Shown here one piece after another: positions 19,251-29,186 of a DNA stretch of 64,000 nt (position 1 is the first letter of the stretch; each line of letters begins with the position of its first letter). This DNA is from a virus (taxonomy: Duplodnaviria; Heunggongvirae; Uroviricota; Caudoviricetes), in IMG/VR virus record IMGVR_UViG_3300027608_000017; one strand, written 5' to 3'. The notes beneath the pieces were generated by a model that did no database searches, was not told the DNA's origin, and was given only the letters and a program-made list of their open reading frames with translations. Made by a program: the position numbers and the translations under genes.

Positions 19251-19689
19251 CGTGGTCTCCGGAAGAGTCGTTTTAAAACAAAAACCTAAATTTTTTCTAC
19301 AAGGCGCGCTGATCAAATCAGACAGGGGATTGATGCAACACCAACGGCGCATGGTGCGGTTCCGGCGACGGGAGCATCTTGAGCGCTTCGCTTGAGGAGT
19401 AGGATTCCGACTGCGTCGGCAGAGTGACTCCAGCCTTGCGGCTGTCGTAGGACTTGAACTTGCTTGGTGGGGAGAGAGTGAGCAACCGACAGATTCCCCT
19501 ACTATCCCCAGCTTTGCAGCAGTGAGGACAGGAGGCTGTCGGCTACGAAAACCTGCCCGGCGGCTTCGGTCGTTCGCAGACTCTTTCAACGGCATAGTCT
19601 CGCGTTGCCGTCGGGCCGGGGAGTTGCACCCCGTTGTCGAGCAGACCCAGATTCCACGCGGACGGCTTGCGGCAGTCACTCGCGCGGGG

Positions 19690-19810
19690 TCGATCAAAAA
19701 GAAAAACCCCGCGACAGTCCGTTGCAGGGAGAGTTGTCGCGGGGCATCGGTTTACGCCCGAGGGCGATAGTCGAGAGCTTAGACAGTCCTGCAACGGACT
19801 GCAAACATCA
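19690..19810. other. structured noncoding element
   Basis: 10-bp perfect stem CCCCGCGACA/TGTCGCGGGG with 17-nt loop, plus CAGTCCGTTGCAGG...CCTGCAACGGACTG 70 nt apart. Confidence 0.3.
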
Positions 19811-19924
19811 TCGAGATGTTTCTTGGAATTGTCAAGGATGTTCTTTTACTAGCCTCGACCTGCTGATAGCAGCCCGATGGGTCAGCCATGCGTTTGCCAT
19901 CGTTTTCGGGTGAGTCTGTCAGCT

Positions 19925-20110
19925 CTGCGTCAGAGGATGTCAGGTGGTGTCATCGCTGTCAGGTCATGTCAGGTGTAACGGGTGACGTAACGTAACGCGC
20001 GTTACGGGCGCGTAACGGGTGTGAACCAAACGTGAACCCACCTTCAACGAAACCGCAACGCTCGTTGAACCAAACACGAACCACCGTTGAACCCACCTTC
20101 ACCCCACCTC
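19925..20110. repeat. iteron-like direct repeats plus 14-bp palindrome GTAACGCGCGTTAC
   Basis: GTCAGGT x3, CGTAACGGGTG x2, GTTGAACC/GTGAACC x5, CCACCTTCA x2 in a 190-bp noncoding stretch. Confidence 0.6.
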
Positions 20111-20659
20111 CACGCAGAACTTTCCAGAACATCCGCTGAAGTCGCGTTGGAGTTCTGGGAGACTCCGGTCAAACTGGCTGGGACGTTCGGCCCTCACCCT
20201 GCCCCGACGCCCCGCAACATGAAGTCTCCCAACATGATTTCCCACGCCACCGGGCTGATGTCCGAAGTGTCCCTGACGCTGTTGATCCTGTTCACCGCCT
20301 CGGCGGACCTCGCCGTCAAGATGGAGGTGGCCACGCCGGACCAAATCCTGATCTTGTGGTGCCTGGTCGGTGGCCTGATCGGCTCGATCGTCTCGCTGCG
20401 GATTTTCCGCGTGAAAGACATCAACGACGGGACATGGCAACTGCTGGCGAACCTCGGCATCTCGTCGATGGTCGCCCCGATCCTGACGGACCTGGTTGGA
20501 AAATACAGCGGCTACCCCGTCGGCGTGCGATTGGCGCTGCCGGTGGCCTTGGTGCTGGGCATCGTGGGCGAACAGGCCGTGGCGCTGCTGATCCCGATCG
20601 CCAAACGCTGGTTCGTGGCCAAGGCGTCTGTCGCCGCTGGCGAGCCGCAGCAGCCCTAG
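20087..20659 (+). CDS. multi-pass membrane protein (holin-like?)
   Basis: 3-4 hydrophobic helices; true start may be MKSPNM at 20219. Confidence 0.45.
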   Translation: MNPPSPHLHAELSRTSAEVALEFWETPVKLAGTFGPHPAPTPRNMKSPNMISHATGLMSEVSLTLLILFTASADLAVKMEVATPDQILILWCLVGGLIGSIVSLRIFRVKDINDGTWQLLANLGISSMVAPILTDLVGKYSGYPVGVRLALPVALVLGIVGEQAVALLIPIAKRWFVAKASVAAGEPQQP

Positions 20660-20733
20660 TGGAACGCGATCGCTGTGATACAATCAGCATCTCCGCGAAT
20701 GTTCCACCCAATTCCACTCAAGGATCCCTGTCC

Positions 20734-20931
20734 ATGACCGTCGTTGAAATGGCTCACAGCTACGTCGAAATCGTCCAGCGCGAACGCGAGCAACTGCTCA
20801 AGCAGATCACGGAAACCAACACCCGTGTCCAGCAGTACGATCAGCACCTGAACGAGTGCCGGGAGTGCCTCGCCGCACAGGTTCCAGCCCTCGCACCGGC
20901 TCCCGATGACGTGACGCTGGCAGACGAGTAA
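20734..20931 (+). CDS. small coiled-coil protein
   Basis: 65 aa from ATG 20734. Confidence 0.4.
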   Translation: MTVVEMAHSYVEIVQREREQLLKQITETNTRVQQYDQHLNECRECLAAQVPALAPAPDDVTLADE

Positions 20932-20972
20932 CAGAAGTTTCCAGACAGTTCTATCGAGTAAGGAGCGGCATT

Positions 20973-21311
20973 ATGGCTGAGCGAGTGGATAGCGTTCTCG
21001 GAACAGAAGTGGTCAGCGGACTGACCACGGTCAAGATGCTGGCCTCGATCCCCTTTGAGGCGGATGGCGTCACGCGCCGACCGTGCCGCGTCCGCATCCA
21101 GTGCGATCCCGTCGTTGGCGGCGTTGCGGGCAACGCCGTGCGATACACGTCTGACGGTTCCACGCCGACGAGCGACTACGGTTTCTATCTGGCTCCGGGC
21201 AGCACTGTCGTCACAACGACCAGTTTGCAATCGCTCAAGTTTCTTGGAGTGGCTTCCCCAGCAAGACTTCACGTCCAATACGAGATTTACCCCGGCCCCC
21301 ATCCCTCGTGA
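20973..21311 (+). CDS. hypothetical protein
   Basis: 112-aa ORF. Confidence 0.45.
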   Translation: MAERVDSVLGTEVVSGLTTVKMLASIPFEADGVTRRPCRVRIQCDPVVGGVAGNAVRYTSDGSTPTSDYGFYLAPGSTVVTTTSLQSLKFLGVASPARLHVQYEIYPGPHPS

Positions 21312-21559
21312 TCTCCACAGCACCGCAATTACGGAAGGCGGGTGATCGGATCTTCACGAAAGACGAAACCGTCCGGGTGTTGCATGGCTCATTTGCCGGG
21401 CGCTGCGGTGTCGTTCTCGCGCTGGTCGGGAACGAAGAGTCGCTCTTGCTAGAGATTCAGGTTCAAGGCGAGCCGGACACGACACTGCATCAGACCTCGG
21501 CCCTGTCGCGGGTCTATGACGACCACGCCCGTACAGGAAGCAGACCCTCATGTCGCTGA
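21308..21559 (+). CDS. hypothetical protein, possible KOW-like fold
   Basis: DRIFTKDETVRVLHGSFAGRCGVVLAL; overlaps neighbours by 4 and 10 nt. Confidence 0.4.
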   Translation: MISTAPQLRKAGDRIFTKDETVRVLHGSFAGRCGVVLALVGNEESLLLEIQVQGEPDTTLHQTSALSRVYDDHARTGSRPSCR

Positions 21560-24500
21560 TCTTCCCACTGATCCCCTCGCTGAATTTAGCAGATGTCGTC
21601 AACGCGGCGACGGCGAGGTCGAATCTCGGCCTGGCCATTGGCTCAAACGTGCAAGCCTACAACGCCAACACAACCGTACTCGGCAACACTACGACCGGCA
21701 CAGGGTCGATTGTACTAGCAACATCGCCGACGTTCGTCACGCCTGTACTCGGGGCCGCATCAGCAACGAGCCTCGCCTGCCCGACGTTCACATCTGCGGC
21801 TGCGATGGGGTTCACTCCTGCGAGCGGGAGCGGCTTCAGCGTCACGCTGGCGGGTGCTGGTGACTTCGCTGTCAACACGAATCAGTTGTGTGTTGATACC
21901 TCGCTCGGCAACGTCGGTATCGGCACGTCATCGCCCGGCTCTAAGCTAGAAGTATCCACGACAACCGGAACCAATGGTATAGCGATTACAAATTCAAGCG
22001 TTTCAAACAGAGGATTTATATTTTATCCTGTAACGAACGGCTCAAACACAGACGTGAGGTTTTATGAAAGCAGCCTAACGTCTGGTGACAGAGTGACATT
22101 TCAAGCTGGTGGCAACGTCGGCATCGGCACAACATCGCCATCAGCCAAACTCCACGCCATATCGACAACCGAGCAACTACGCTTGGGATATGATGCCTCG
22201 AACTACTACTCCACCACAGTCTCGTCGGCGGGGTCTGTAAATTTCGCTGCCACGGGGGCCAGTGCTGCGTTCGCCTTTAATGCTACCGTGACGGCATCCG
22301 GTGGGTTCATTACCGGAAATATTATACTTTACTCATCAACGGTCTCAGTACCGACAGCGACTAACGTCACAATCAATGTCAGGGCCAACACGTCAACAAT
22401 GGCGACAGGCTACTGTTATCGCGTCAGGCTGAATACGGCGGGGACAGGTACTGTAACCGGGGCTGTCTATATCATCAACCAGACATCCATCACACCGACG
22501 TGGGTTGCGACAGCGGTATCCGTCGCTGGTAGCACGACAAATCACCCATTGCTTATAGTATCTGGCTCGAACATTCAGGTTTATCACAATCACGGCTCAA
22601 CCTACTTGGTCAGCTATGTGGTTGAGACCATCGCACACAACAACGGTACTGCTAACGCAGCAACAATCTGGGGAGCAGACTCGTTATTTACCGGCACAGA
22701 CAGTACGTCAATTACGACCGCATCAGGCTACGCACTTGGTGTCGGAACATCGCCATCAGCAAAAATCCACGGCATATCAACGACCGAGCAACTGAGACTC
22801 GGATACGACGCATCAAACTATTATTCAACTACAGTTTCTTCTGCTGGAGCGGTCACGTTCGATGCTGTCGGAGCAAGCTCTGGTTTTACGTTCAGTGATG
22901 CTGTAACAGTGTCCGTTGCAACGCCTCTAGTGACATTTAAGCCAACTGCTAATAATCAGGATTGTGGACTTAAGGTACTTGATAGTGTCGGTGCGATTGC
23001 CGGATATCTGTCGATTGTCCCAAATACCATCGGGACCAACTCCAAATTCTTCATGTATCTCGGCGGTGCTGCTGCTGCTGATATTAAGATGACTGTTGAT
23101 GACGACGGTGTGACTAACATCAAGCGAGATGCCAGCAATTACTGCACTATAACCCCGTCTTCCGTTGGGCTAATAACTTTTGACGCTGTAGGTTCTGCTG
23201 CTGCGTTTACGTTTGCCGATAACGTAAGTGTGACCAATACGGCGGGCGACTGCATTGTAACCGCGACGGGCGGAACTCCATCTACTACAGCGGGCGATGG
23301 TTACTTACTTCTTACTTCATCTCGAACAGACACCGGCGTCGGCCACGTTTGCAAATTACGTTCAGTCGCACCATCAGCAGGTAAAGCTGACTTAGCGTTT
23401 CTAACGCAGCCATCAAACGGTGTTTACACCGAGCGAATGCGGATAGATAATGCGGGCAACGTCGGCATCGGTATGACCCCGACTTATCTCGTCGATATTC
23501 TCTCGCCGACGCTCACGAATTTCGGAACGCAATGGTTCATGCGGGCACGCGGGCCGAGCAGTTGCACGACCAACGGTACGAATTACATGCTCGCGTTCGA
23601 CATGGATGTGTCGAATATGTCCGTGTCGGCTGGAGTGACAGACTCAGGCTACAGAATGGGCGTGCGAGGTGACGCCTACTCCAGTGTCGCGGGATTCGCC
23701 GGGACACTCGCAACACAATATGGAGTTTACGGCAGGGCCGGAATAAACGTCGCGACAGCGGGGGCAGCGGTCACGAATGCCGAGGGGCTGCACGGCGAGG
23801 TGTTAAATTCGGTTGCTGGCACAACAATTACCAACGGTTTCGGGCTAAAGGTCGTCAACACCGGCACGACGGGTACGATGACAAATCGCTGGGGCGTTTA
23901 CGTTGATACTGCGACCGGCGGCAAGAACTATTTTTCGCACGCTGTCGGAGTTGGCTCAACGACGATATCCGCACAAATCCATGCTACATCGACGACTGAG
24001 CAACTAAGACTCGGATACGACGCCTCAAACTACTACTCGACGACAGTCTCGTCGGGTGGAGCGGTCACGTTCGATGCTGTAGGAGCCAGTGCTAGGTTTA
24101 CGTTTTCCGACCCGGTAACAGCACAGTCGTCGCTCACGCTCGGAGTAGCAAGTACTACAACAGGTTCACTGGTTCTGTGCGGTAGTGGTGGGGCCAACAC
24201 GCACACCATCAAAGCAGCAGCAATCCCTGCGGCAACGAATAGTTATGTCTGGCCGAGTGCCAGCCCGACAGCCAGTCAGGTGTTGACGGCATCGGCTCCG
24301 GCAACGGGAGTTGTGACGCTATCATGGTCCACGAGTAGTGTCGGTGATGTCGTGGGGCCAGCGAGTTCGACCGCCAATGCGGCCAGCGTGTTCAGTGGCA
24401 CGACGGGTAAGCTGCTGCGGGCCTCGCCAACCGTGACCTATTACTCTGTCGCAGCGGGGGTCGAGGACAAGATCGAGTTCGGGGCGACGTTCAAGGACTT

Positions 24501-25149
24501 TCGCACGGCGACGGATGGCGCGACGGTCACATTCGACTTAGACCTTTCGGATCAGTGGCAAGTCACTTTCGCGGGCAACCGCACGCTGGCCGTCAGCAAT
24601 GCCAGTATCGGGCAGGTGATCACGATTTTGCGGTATCAGGATGCGACGGGGAATCGGACGCCCACATGGTGGAGCAACATCACATGGAACAATGGTCTTG
24701 CCCCGGTCGATGACCCCACGGCAAGCGGCTGGAGCATGACGGTCCTCGCCTGCGAGGGACTCGACGCCTACAGCGTGCCGAAGTGGAAGGAAGTCTGCCG
24801 CTCGACGAGTGCCCCGCTTCGAGGCATTACGACGGCGACGGATGGTGCGACGGTCACGTTCGACCTGCGAGTCTGCCAGACGCAGCGCGTCACGTTGGCG
24901 GGCAACCGCACGCTGGCGCTGACGAGCGGCTCGTTCTACGTCGGACAGATGTTCGACATCAAGCTGACTCAAGATGCCACCGGATCACGCACTGTGACGT
25001 GGTTCAGCGCGGTCAAGTGGACAGGCGGCACGATACCGACACTCACGACCACGGCGGGCAGGAGCGACTGGTTTCGATTTATCTGCACCAACGCCAGTGG
25101 CTCTCCAACATTTGATTGCCTGGGCACGTCAATGAATTTGGTGGCGTGA
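21550..25149 (+). CDS. tail fiber / receptor-binding protein with triplicated module
   Basis: N-terminal ...ATARSNLGLAIGS tail-fiber motif, Gly/Ser/Thr-rich; about 55-aa module ...SAKIHGISTTEQLRLGYDASNYYSTTVSSAGAVTFDAVGAS... occurs three times. Confidence 0.7.
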   Translation: MSLIFPLIPSLNLADVVNAATARSNLGLAIGSNVQAYNANTTVLGNTTTGTGSIVLATSPTFVTPVLGAASATSLACPTFTSAAAMGFTPASGSGFSVTLAGAGDFAVNTNQLCVDTSLGNVGIGTSSPGSKLEVSTTTGTNGIAITNSSVSNRGFIFYPVTNGSNTDVRFYESSLTSGDRVTFQAGGNVGIGTTSPSAKLHAISTTEQLRLGYDASNYYSTTVSSAGSVNFAATGASAAFAFNATVTASGGFITGNIILYSSTVSVPTATNVTINVRANTSTMATGYCYRVRLNTAGTGTVTGAVYIINQTSITPTWVATAVSVAGSTTNHPLLIVSGSNIQVYHNHGSTYLVSYVVETIAHNNGTANAATIWGADSLFTGTDSTSITTASGYALGVGTSPSAKIHGISTTEQLRLGYDASNYYSTTVSSAGAVTFDAVGASSGFTFSDAVTVSVATPLVTFKPTANNQDCGLKVLDSVGAIAGYLSIVPNTIGTNSKFFMYLGGAAAADIKMTVDDDGVTNIKRDASNYCTITPSSVGLITFDAVGSAAAFTFADNVSVTNTAGDCIVTATGGTPSTTAGDGYLLLTSSRTDTGVGHVCKLRSVAPSAGKADLAFLTQPSNGVYTERMRIDNAGNVGIGMTPTYLVDILSPTLTNFGTQWFMRARGPSSCTTNGTNYMLAFDMDVSNMSVSAGVTDSGYRMGVRGDAYSSVAGFAGTLATQYGVYGRAGINVATAGAAVTNAEGLHGEVLNSVAGTTITNGFGLKVVNTGTTGTMTNRWGVYVDTATGGKNYFSHAVGVGSTTISAQIHATSTTEQLRLGYDASNYYSTTVSSGGAVTFDAVGASARFTFSDPVTAQSSLTLGVASTTTGSLVLCGSGGANTHTIKAAAIPAATNSYVWPSASPTASQVLTASAPATGVVTLSWSTSSVGDVVGPASSTANAASVFSGTTGKLLRASPTVTYYSVAAGVEDKIEFGATFKDFRTATDGATVTFDLDLSDQWQVTFAGNRTLAVSNASIGQVITILRYQDATGNRTPTWWSNITWNNGLAPVDDPTASGWSMTVLACEGLDAYSVPKWKEVCRSTSAPLRGITTATDGATVTFDLRVCQTQRVTLAGNRTLALTSGSFYVGQMFDIKLTQDATGSRTVTWFSAVKWTGGTIPTLTTTAGRSDWFRFICTNASGSPTFDCLGTSMNLVA

Positions 25150-25168
25150 CCACGCCGAGGACGATGCA

Positions 25169-25933
25169 GTGACCGCTTCAACCGCACAACCGAGACGATA
25201 CCGCGAGCAGCAGGCTGCTGAGCGTCCGTCGCTTGGCCCGTATCGACCCGTCACCGAGCCGTCGCGGATTCAGGGATCGCAGCGACTTGTCGTGACCATC
25301 GCCACGGGCGAGAAGTATCTTGCGATTTTGGGTTTGACTCGCCGACCAATGCAGGACTACTCCGAGCGCTGCGGCGCAGACTTCATCGAGATTACTGACA
25401 GCACGCAGGACTGGCCGCTCTACGAGAAGTTCCGGTTGCGAACGATTGCCGAGCGTTACGACCAGACGCTGTTTCTGGACGCGGATTGTCTCGTTCGCCG
25501 CAGGTGCCCGAACCTGTTCAGGATGTTCCCGAGCGGCGTGGCGATGCGCGATGACGCCTCGCTTTGGCCTGCCGATTGGATGCAGGCCCGTTGGACTGCG
25601 GTGATGTCGTCGCAAGGGATTGCTCGGTCGTTGCAGGAGCCGATCCGAGCGTGGAACACGGGTGTCGTGCTGTGTGACCGCGACCATGCGTTCTTGTGGG
25701 AGCCGCCAGAGCGACCGCTATCGGACGGGCACGAGTCAGAGCAAGTTTGGGTGCAGGCGACTCTGCAAGATCGGCTCGTCGAAGTGCAAGACATCGGGCC
25801 GGGATTCAATGACCAATACTACTACCCGACCTTCCGTCAAACCCTACCGCAGACGCAGATCGCTCACTTCGCACTTTGCCCTGACCGGCTGAACGAGATC
25901 GCGAAACTCAAAGCGGAATGGTGCCAGCCGTGA
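25169..25933 (+). CDS. putative GT-A fold glycosyltransferase (DXD)
   Basis: VVTIATGEKYLAI...TLFLDADCLV; family not assigned. Confidence 0.45.
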   Translation: MTASTAQPRRYREQQAAERPSLGPYRPVTEPSRIQGSQRLVVTIATGEKYLAILGLTRRPMQDYSERCGADFIEITDSTQDWPLYEKFRLRTIAERYDQTLFLDADCLVRRRCPNLFRMFPSGVAMRDDASLWPADWMQARWTAVMSSQGIARSLQEPIRAWNTGVVLCDRDHAFLWEPPERPLSDGHESEQVWVQATLQDRLVEVQDIGPGFNDQYYYPTFRQTLPQTQIAHFALCPDRLNEIAKLKAEWCQP

Positions 25934-27456
25934 ACGAATCAGAAGCTCTCTTGAAGATGGTCTCGCCGCGTGATCGGCGTCCCGGCGCTTGGCGTGGCGG
26001 TGTGATGCAGATCATGGTCACGCGCGCTTGCGACAAGGCGTGCTTCGGCTGTACCCAAGGGAGCAATCTGGGCGGCAAGCCCGTGTTCATGTCGCCGGAT
26101 CAGTTCGAGGAATCTCTGCTCTCGCTCAAAAGCTACTTCGGCGTGATCGCGCTGTTCGGCGGCAACCCGGCCATTCACCCGCAGTTCCCTGAGCTGTGCC
26201 GAATCATGCGTCAGCACGTCCCGTATGCTCAGCGCGGCTTGTGGTGCAACCATCCGCTGGGTCACGGCGCGTTGATGCGCGAGACGTTCAACCCTTCTGT
26301 CAGCAACATCAATGTGCATCTCGATCCAGAGGCTCGGGCCGAGTTCGAGCGGGACTGGCCGGAGAACACACGGCTGCTCGGGACCGACACAGACTCACGT
26401 CACAGCCCGCCGTTCGTCGCGATGCGGGACGTGATCGCCGATGAGTCCGAGCGATGGGAGTTGATCTCAAACTGTGACGTGAATCAGCGGTGGTCGGCAC
26501 TGATCGGCGTGTTCCGGGGCGAACTGCGAGGCTACTTCTGCGAGTTGGCCTACGCTCAGTCCGCACTCCATCAGCACGAGCCGGACTATCCCGACACGGG
26601 CCTGCCGATCTCTCCCGGTTGGTGGGATCAGGGGATGGACGACTTCGCTTCGCAGGCCCGCAAACACTGCCACGACTGTGGCATTCCGTTGCGTGGTCAC
26701 GGAGAATTGGCCATCGGCGGACAGACCGAGCAAGTCAGTGCGACTCACGCCGCAGCGTTCCACCCGAAGCGACGAGACCGGGCTGTCGAACTGGTTCAAC
26801 TGCGAACGCAGCTTGGCGCGACGCTGGACGTGGCGACGAACTACATCGAGAACGCGACGCGGATTGCGGAAGCCCCTGCTGCCGCACCGCCGGTCGATCT
26901 GGATTGCAACCCGCACACTGAACCCAGTGTCGCGGGTCTGATTCGCACGACACGCCGCGAGCTGGCTCGGATCATCGAACTGCTGCCGCCGAACGCGCGT
27001 CTGCTGGAGATCGGCACGGCCAGCGGAGGCACCGCCGCCCGGATCGCCGACGCCCGCCCTGACGTGCAGATCACCTGTATCGACATCTTCGCGGAATGGC
27101 CCGATCACTCTGTCATGCACCGGCCAGCCAACTGGAGGACCAACCAGCGGCCGAACATGCACCTCTGGGTGGGCGATGTCGCCAGCTACGCAGCCCAATG
27201 CGGGGTACTGTTTGACGTGGTGCTGATCGACGGCGACCACACCGAGGCGGGTGTCTCGCGTGACTTGGTGACGGCTCCCGAGTTGCTGGCTCCAACAGGT
27301 CTGCTGCTCGCGCACGACTACACCGATCCGAACTGGCCCGGTGTCCGAGCGGCGGTGGATCGGTTTTGCGATCAGGCATCGCAGAGCCACGACCACATTT
27401 TAGGTGGATGGAGAGTCGAGGAATGCTGCTGGTCCTTGGCAGTGCTTCGTCGATGA
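25918..27456 (+). CDS. fusion protein: N-terminal radical-SAM-like domain plus C-terminal class I SAM methyltransferase
   Basis: CDKACFGC (CxxxCxxC) followed by LFGGNPAIHP; C-terminus LEIGTASGGTA (motif I) and FDVVLIDGDH. Confidence 0.6.
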   Translation: MVPAVNESEALLKMVSPRDRRPGAWRGGVMQIMVTRACDKACFGCTQGSNLGGKPVFMSPDQFEESLLSLKSYFGVIALFGGNPAIHPQFPELCRIMRQHVPYAQRGLWCNHPLGHGALMRETFNPSVSNINVHLDPEARAEFERDWPENTRLLGTDTDSRHSPPFVAMRDVIADESERWELISNCDVNQRWSALIGVFRGELRGYFCELAYAQSALHQHEPDYPDTGLPISPGWWDQGMDDFASQARKHCHDCGIPLRGHGELAIGGQTEQVSATHAAAFHPKRRDRAVELVQLRTQLGATLDVATNYIENATRIAEAPAAAPPVDLDCNPHTEPSVAGLIRTTRRELARIIELLPPNARLLEIGTASGGTAARIADARPDVQITCIDIFAEWPDHSVMHRPANWRTNQRPNMHLWVGDVASYAAQCGVLFDVVLIDGDHTEAGVSRDLVTAPELLAPTGLLLAHDYTDPNWPGVRAAVDRFCDQASQSHDHILGGWRVEECCWSLAVLRR

Positions 27457-27507
27457 CCCGGACACAGTACGACTGACGTGTAACTTTGACATAAGGAAAA
27501 CCGTATC

Positions 27508-27798
27508 ATGGCATCAATTACATTCGAGGGGCCGAACCCAGCAGACCTGACCGCACGCAGCACGGTCGTGGTCACGATGGCTGACGAGGCTCTACTCTCA
27601 GTGGTGCAGGCGTTCTGCGAATTAGAGGGCTATAATCCCGAGACGCATGGCGGGCCGGGGCTGTTTACGATTCAGAAAACAGTGGATTTTTGGACACAGA
27701 AGGCAGAGTACAATATACGGTCTAAGGCCCGCACAGCCGTGGACATCTCTACCGACGAGCAGGTTGGGCCGATGAAAGAGTCGATTACCATCGTGTAG
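27508..27798 (+). CDS. hypothetical protein
   Basis: 96-aa ORF with RBS AAGGAAAACC. Confidence 0.45.
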   Translation: MASITFEGPNPADLTARSTVVVTMADEALLSVVQAFCELEGYNPETHGGPGLFTIQKTVDFWTQKAEYNIRSKARTAVDISTDEQVGPMKESITIV

Positions 27799-27834
27799 CG
27801 GGCGACAGGCGGTTTTTAGGGAGCGGTATTCGCA

Positions 27835-28410
27835 ATGGCAAAAACACTCGAAGTGAAAGCCCCCTCGGGGATGACATTGACCGCCGAAATCTTTATGCGC
27901 GGCGGCAACACGCTCATCGAGACCGTGGCGCTGACGGAGAAGACGGTTGCCAAGACGATCTACGAAGGGACGCTGGCGACCGCCTCGGGAAACAACTACG
28001 AGGTCGCGCTGAAAAGCGGCGCGAGCTACATCGGCACCGACGAGGTTTATGTGGGGACTGCGGCCACGGCGACCTATCGCGGCAGGTCGTGCGTCAACAT
28101 GGATCAAGCGGCGGGCAGCGAAACGGCCGCCACGGTCATCGCCGCGATCAATGCGGCCCTCAAAACCGGGACCGTCGATACCGGCACATTCTCGCCGACC
28201 ACGCTGGCGTTCGAGACGAGCCTGACGCAGAACTCGGACGAGTACACGAATCAGGCGATCCTGTGGACGACGGGAGCCAATGCGGGACTGACCTCGCGCA
28301 TCGTGACCTATGCCTACGCGAACGCGAAGGACAAGTTCACGGTGGGGACGGCCCTGCCGAACACGCCGACGAGCGGAGATGCGTTCGTGATCTTGGGTCG
28401 CCTCGAATAA
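27835..28410 (+). CDS. hypothetical structural-like protein (Thr/Ala/Gly-rich)
   Basis: 191-aa ORF. Confidence 0.5.
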   Translation: MAKTLEVKAPSGMTLTAEIFMRGGNTLIETVALTEKTVAKTIYEGTLATASGNNYEVALKSGASYIGTDEVYVGTAATATYRGRSCVNMDQAAGSETAATVIAAINAALKTGTVDTGTFSPTTLAFETSLTQNSDEYTNQAILWTTGANAGLTSRIVTYAYANAKDKFTVGTALPNTPTSGDAFVILGRLE

Positions 28411-28552
28411 ACACCAGTATCGTCTAAAGATTCCCCCGAAAAGCCGCGTTTGAGTGATGGGCTGGCGGGGGTAAACTGGCCAAAAACAGCCAGTTCCCGA
28501 GCATTCGCGGCTCGGAAACCGCGAGTGCCGCCACCGCACCAAGGGAATTTTC

Positions 28553-29152
28553 ATGACGATTCAACAGTCGATCACCGTCCGAAATGCGGCTCTGGATGCG
28601 TTCGAGACCACCGCCGGGGCCACCGCCGTACTCCAGATTCGTTCGGGTTCCCAGCCCGCGACGTGCGCCACGGCCTCTAGCGGCACCCTGCTCTGTTCGA
28701 TAACGCTCCCGTCAGACTGGATGTCGGCCGCTGCGTCGGGAGCCAAGGCCAAGCTCGGCACCTGGTCGGGCACGGCCGCCGCGACTGGCACCGCCGCGCA
28801 CTTCCGTATTTTTGAATCGACCGCGACCACATGCCACATACAGGGTGTGGCGGGGATTCTCGGCGGCACGACCTCGACGGGTTCACTGACGCTGAACTCG
28901 ACCGCCTCGACCCTGACCGCCTCGAACGCGAACATCGTCCCCGGCATGGCTGTCTCGGGGACCGGCGTCCAGTTCGGCACGACCGTGGCCTCGATCTCGG
29001 GCACGTCGCTGGTTCTCAGCCAGAACGCCTTGATTGCCGGTGCGTCTGTCACGTTGACGTTCACCAGTGACATGACGATCGACAACACGAGCATCGCGAC
29101 GAGCCAGACCGTCACCGTCACCACGTTCACCCTGACCGCCGGAAATGCGTGA
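28553..29152 (+). CDS. hypothetical structural-like protein (Thr/Ser/Ala-rich)
   Basis: 199-aa ORF. Confidence 0.5.
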   Translation: MTIQQSITVRNAALDAFETTAGATAVLQIRSGSQPATCATASSGTLLCSITLPSDWMSAAASGAKAKLGTWSGTAAATGTAAHFRIFESTATTCHIQGVAGILGGTTSTGSLTLNSTASTLTASNANIVPGMAVSGTGVQFGTTVASISGTSLVLSQNALIAGASVTLTFTSDMTIDNTSIATSQTVTVTTFTLTAGNA

Positions 29153-29186
29153 CGCTGGCAACTCCGATCAGCATTGGAGTTGACTC

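Noticed and set aside
19251-19697. Upstream 149 codons of ORF 18996..19697
   Set aside because: Non-protein-like composition; a good ATG plus RBS at 19250 defines an 84-aa gene, and the rest lies in the noncoding structured region.
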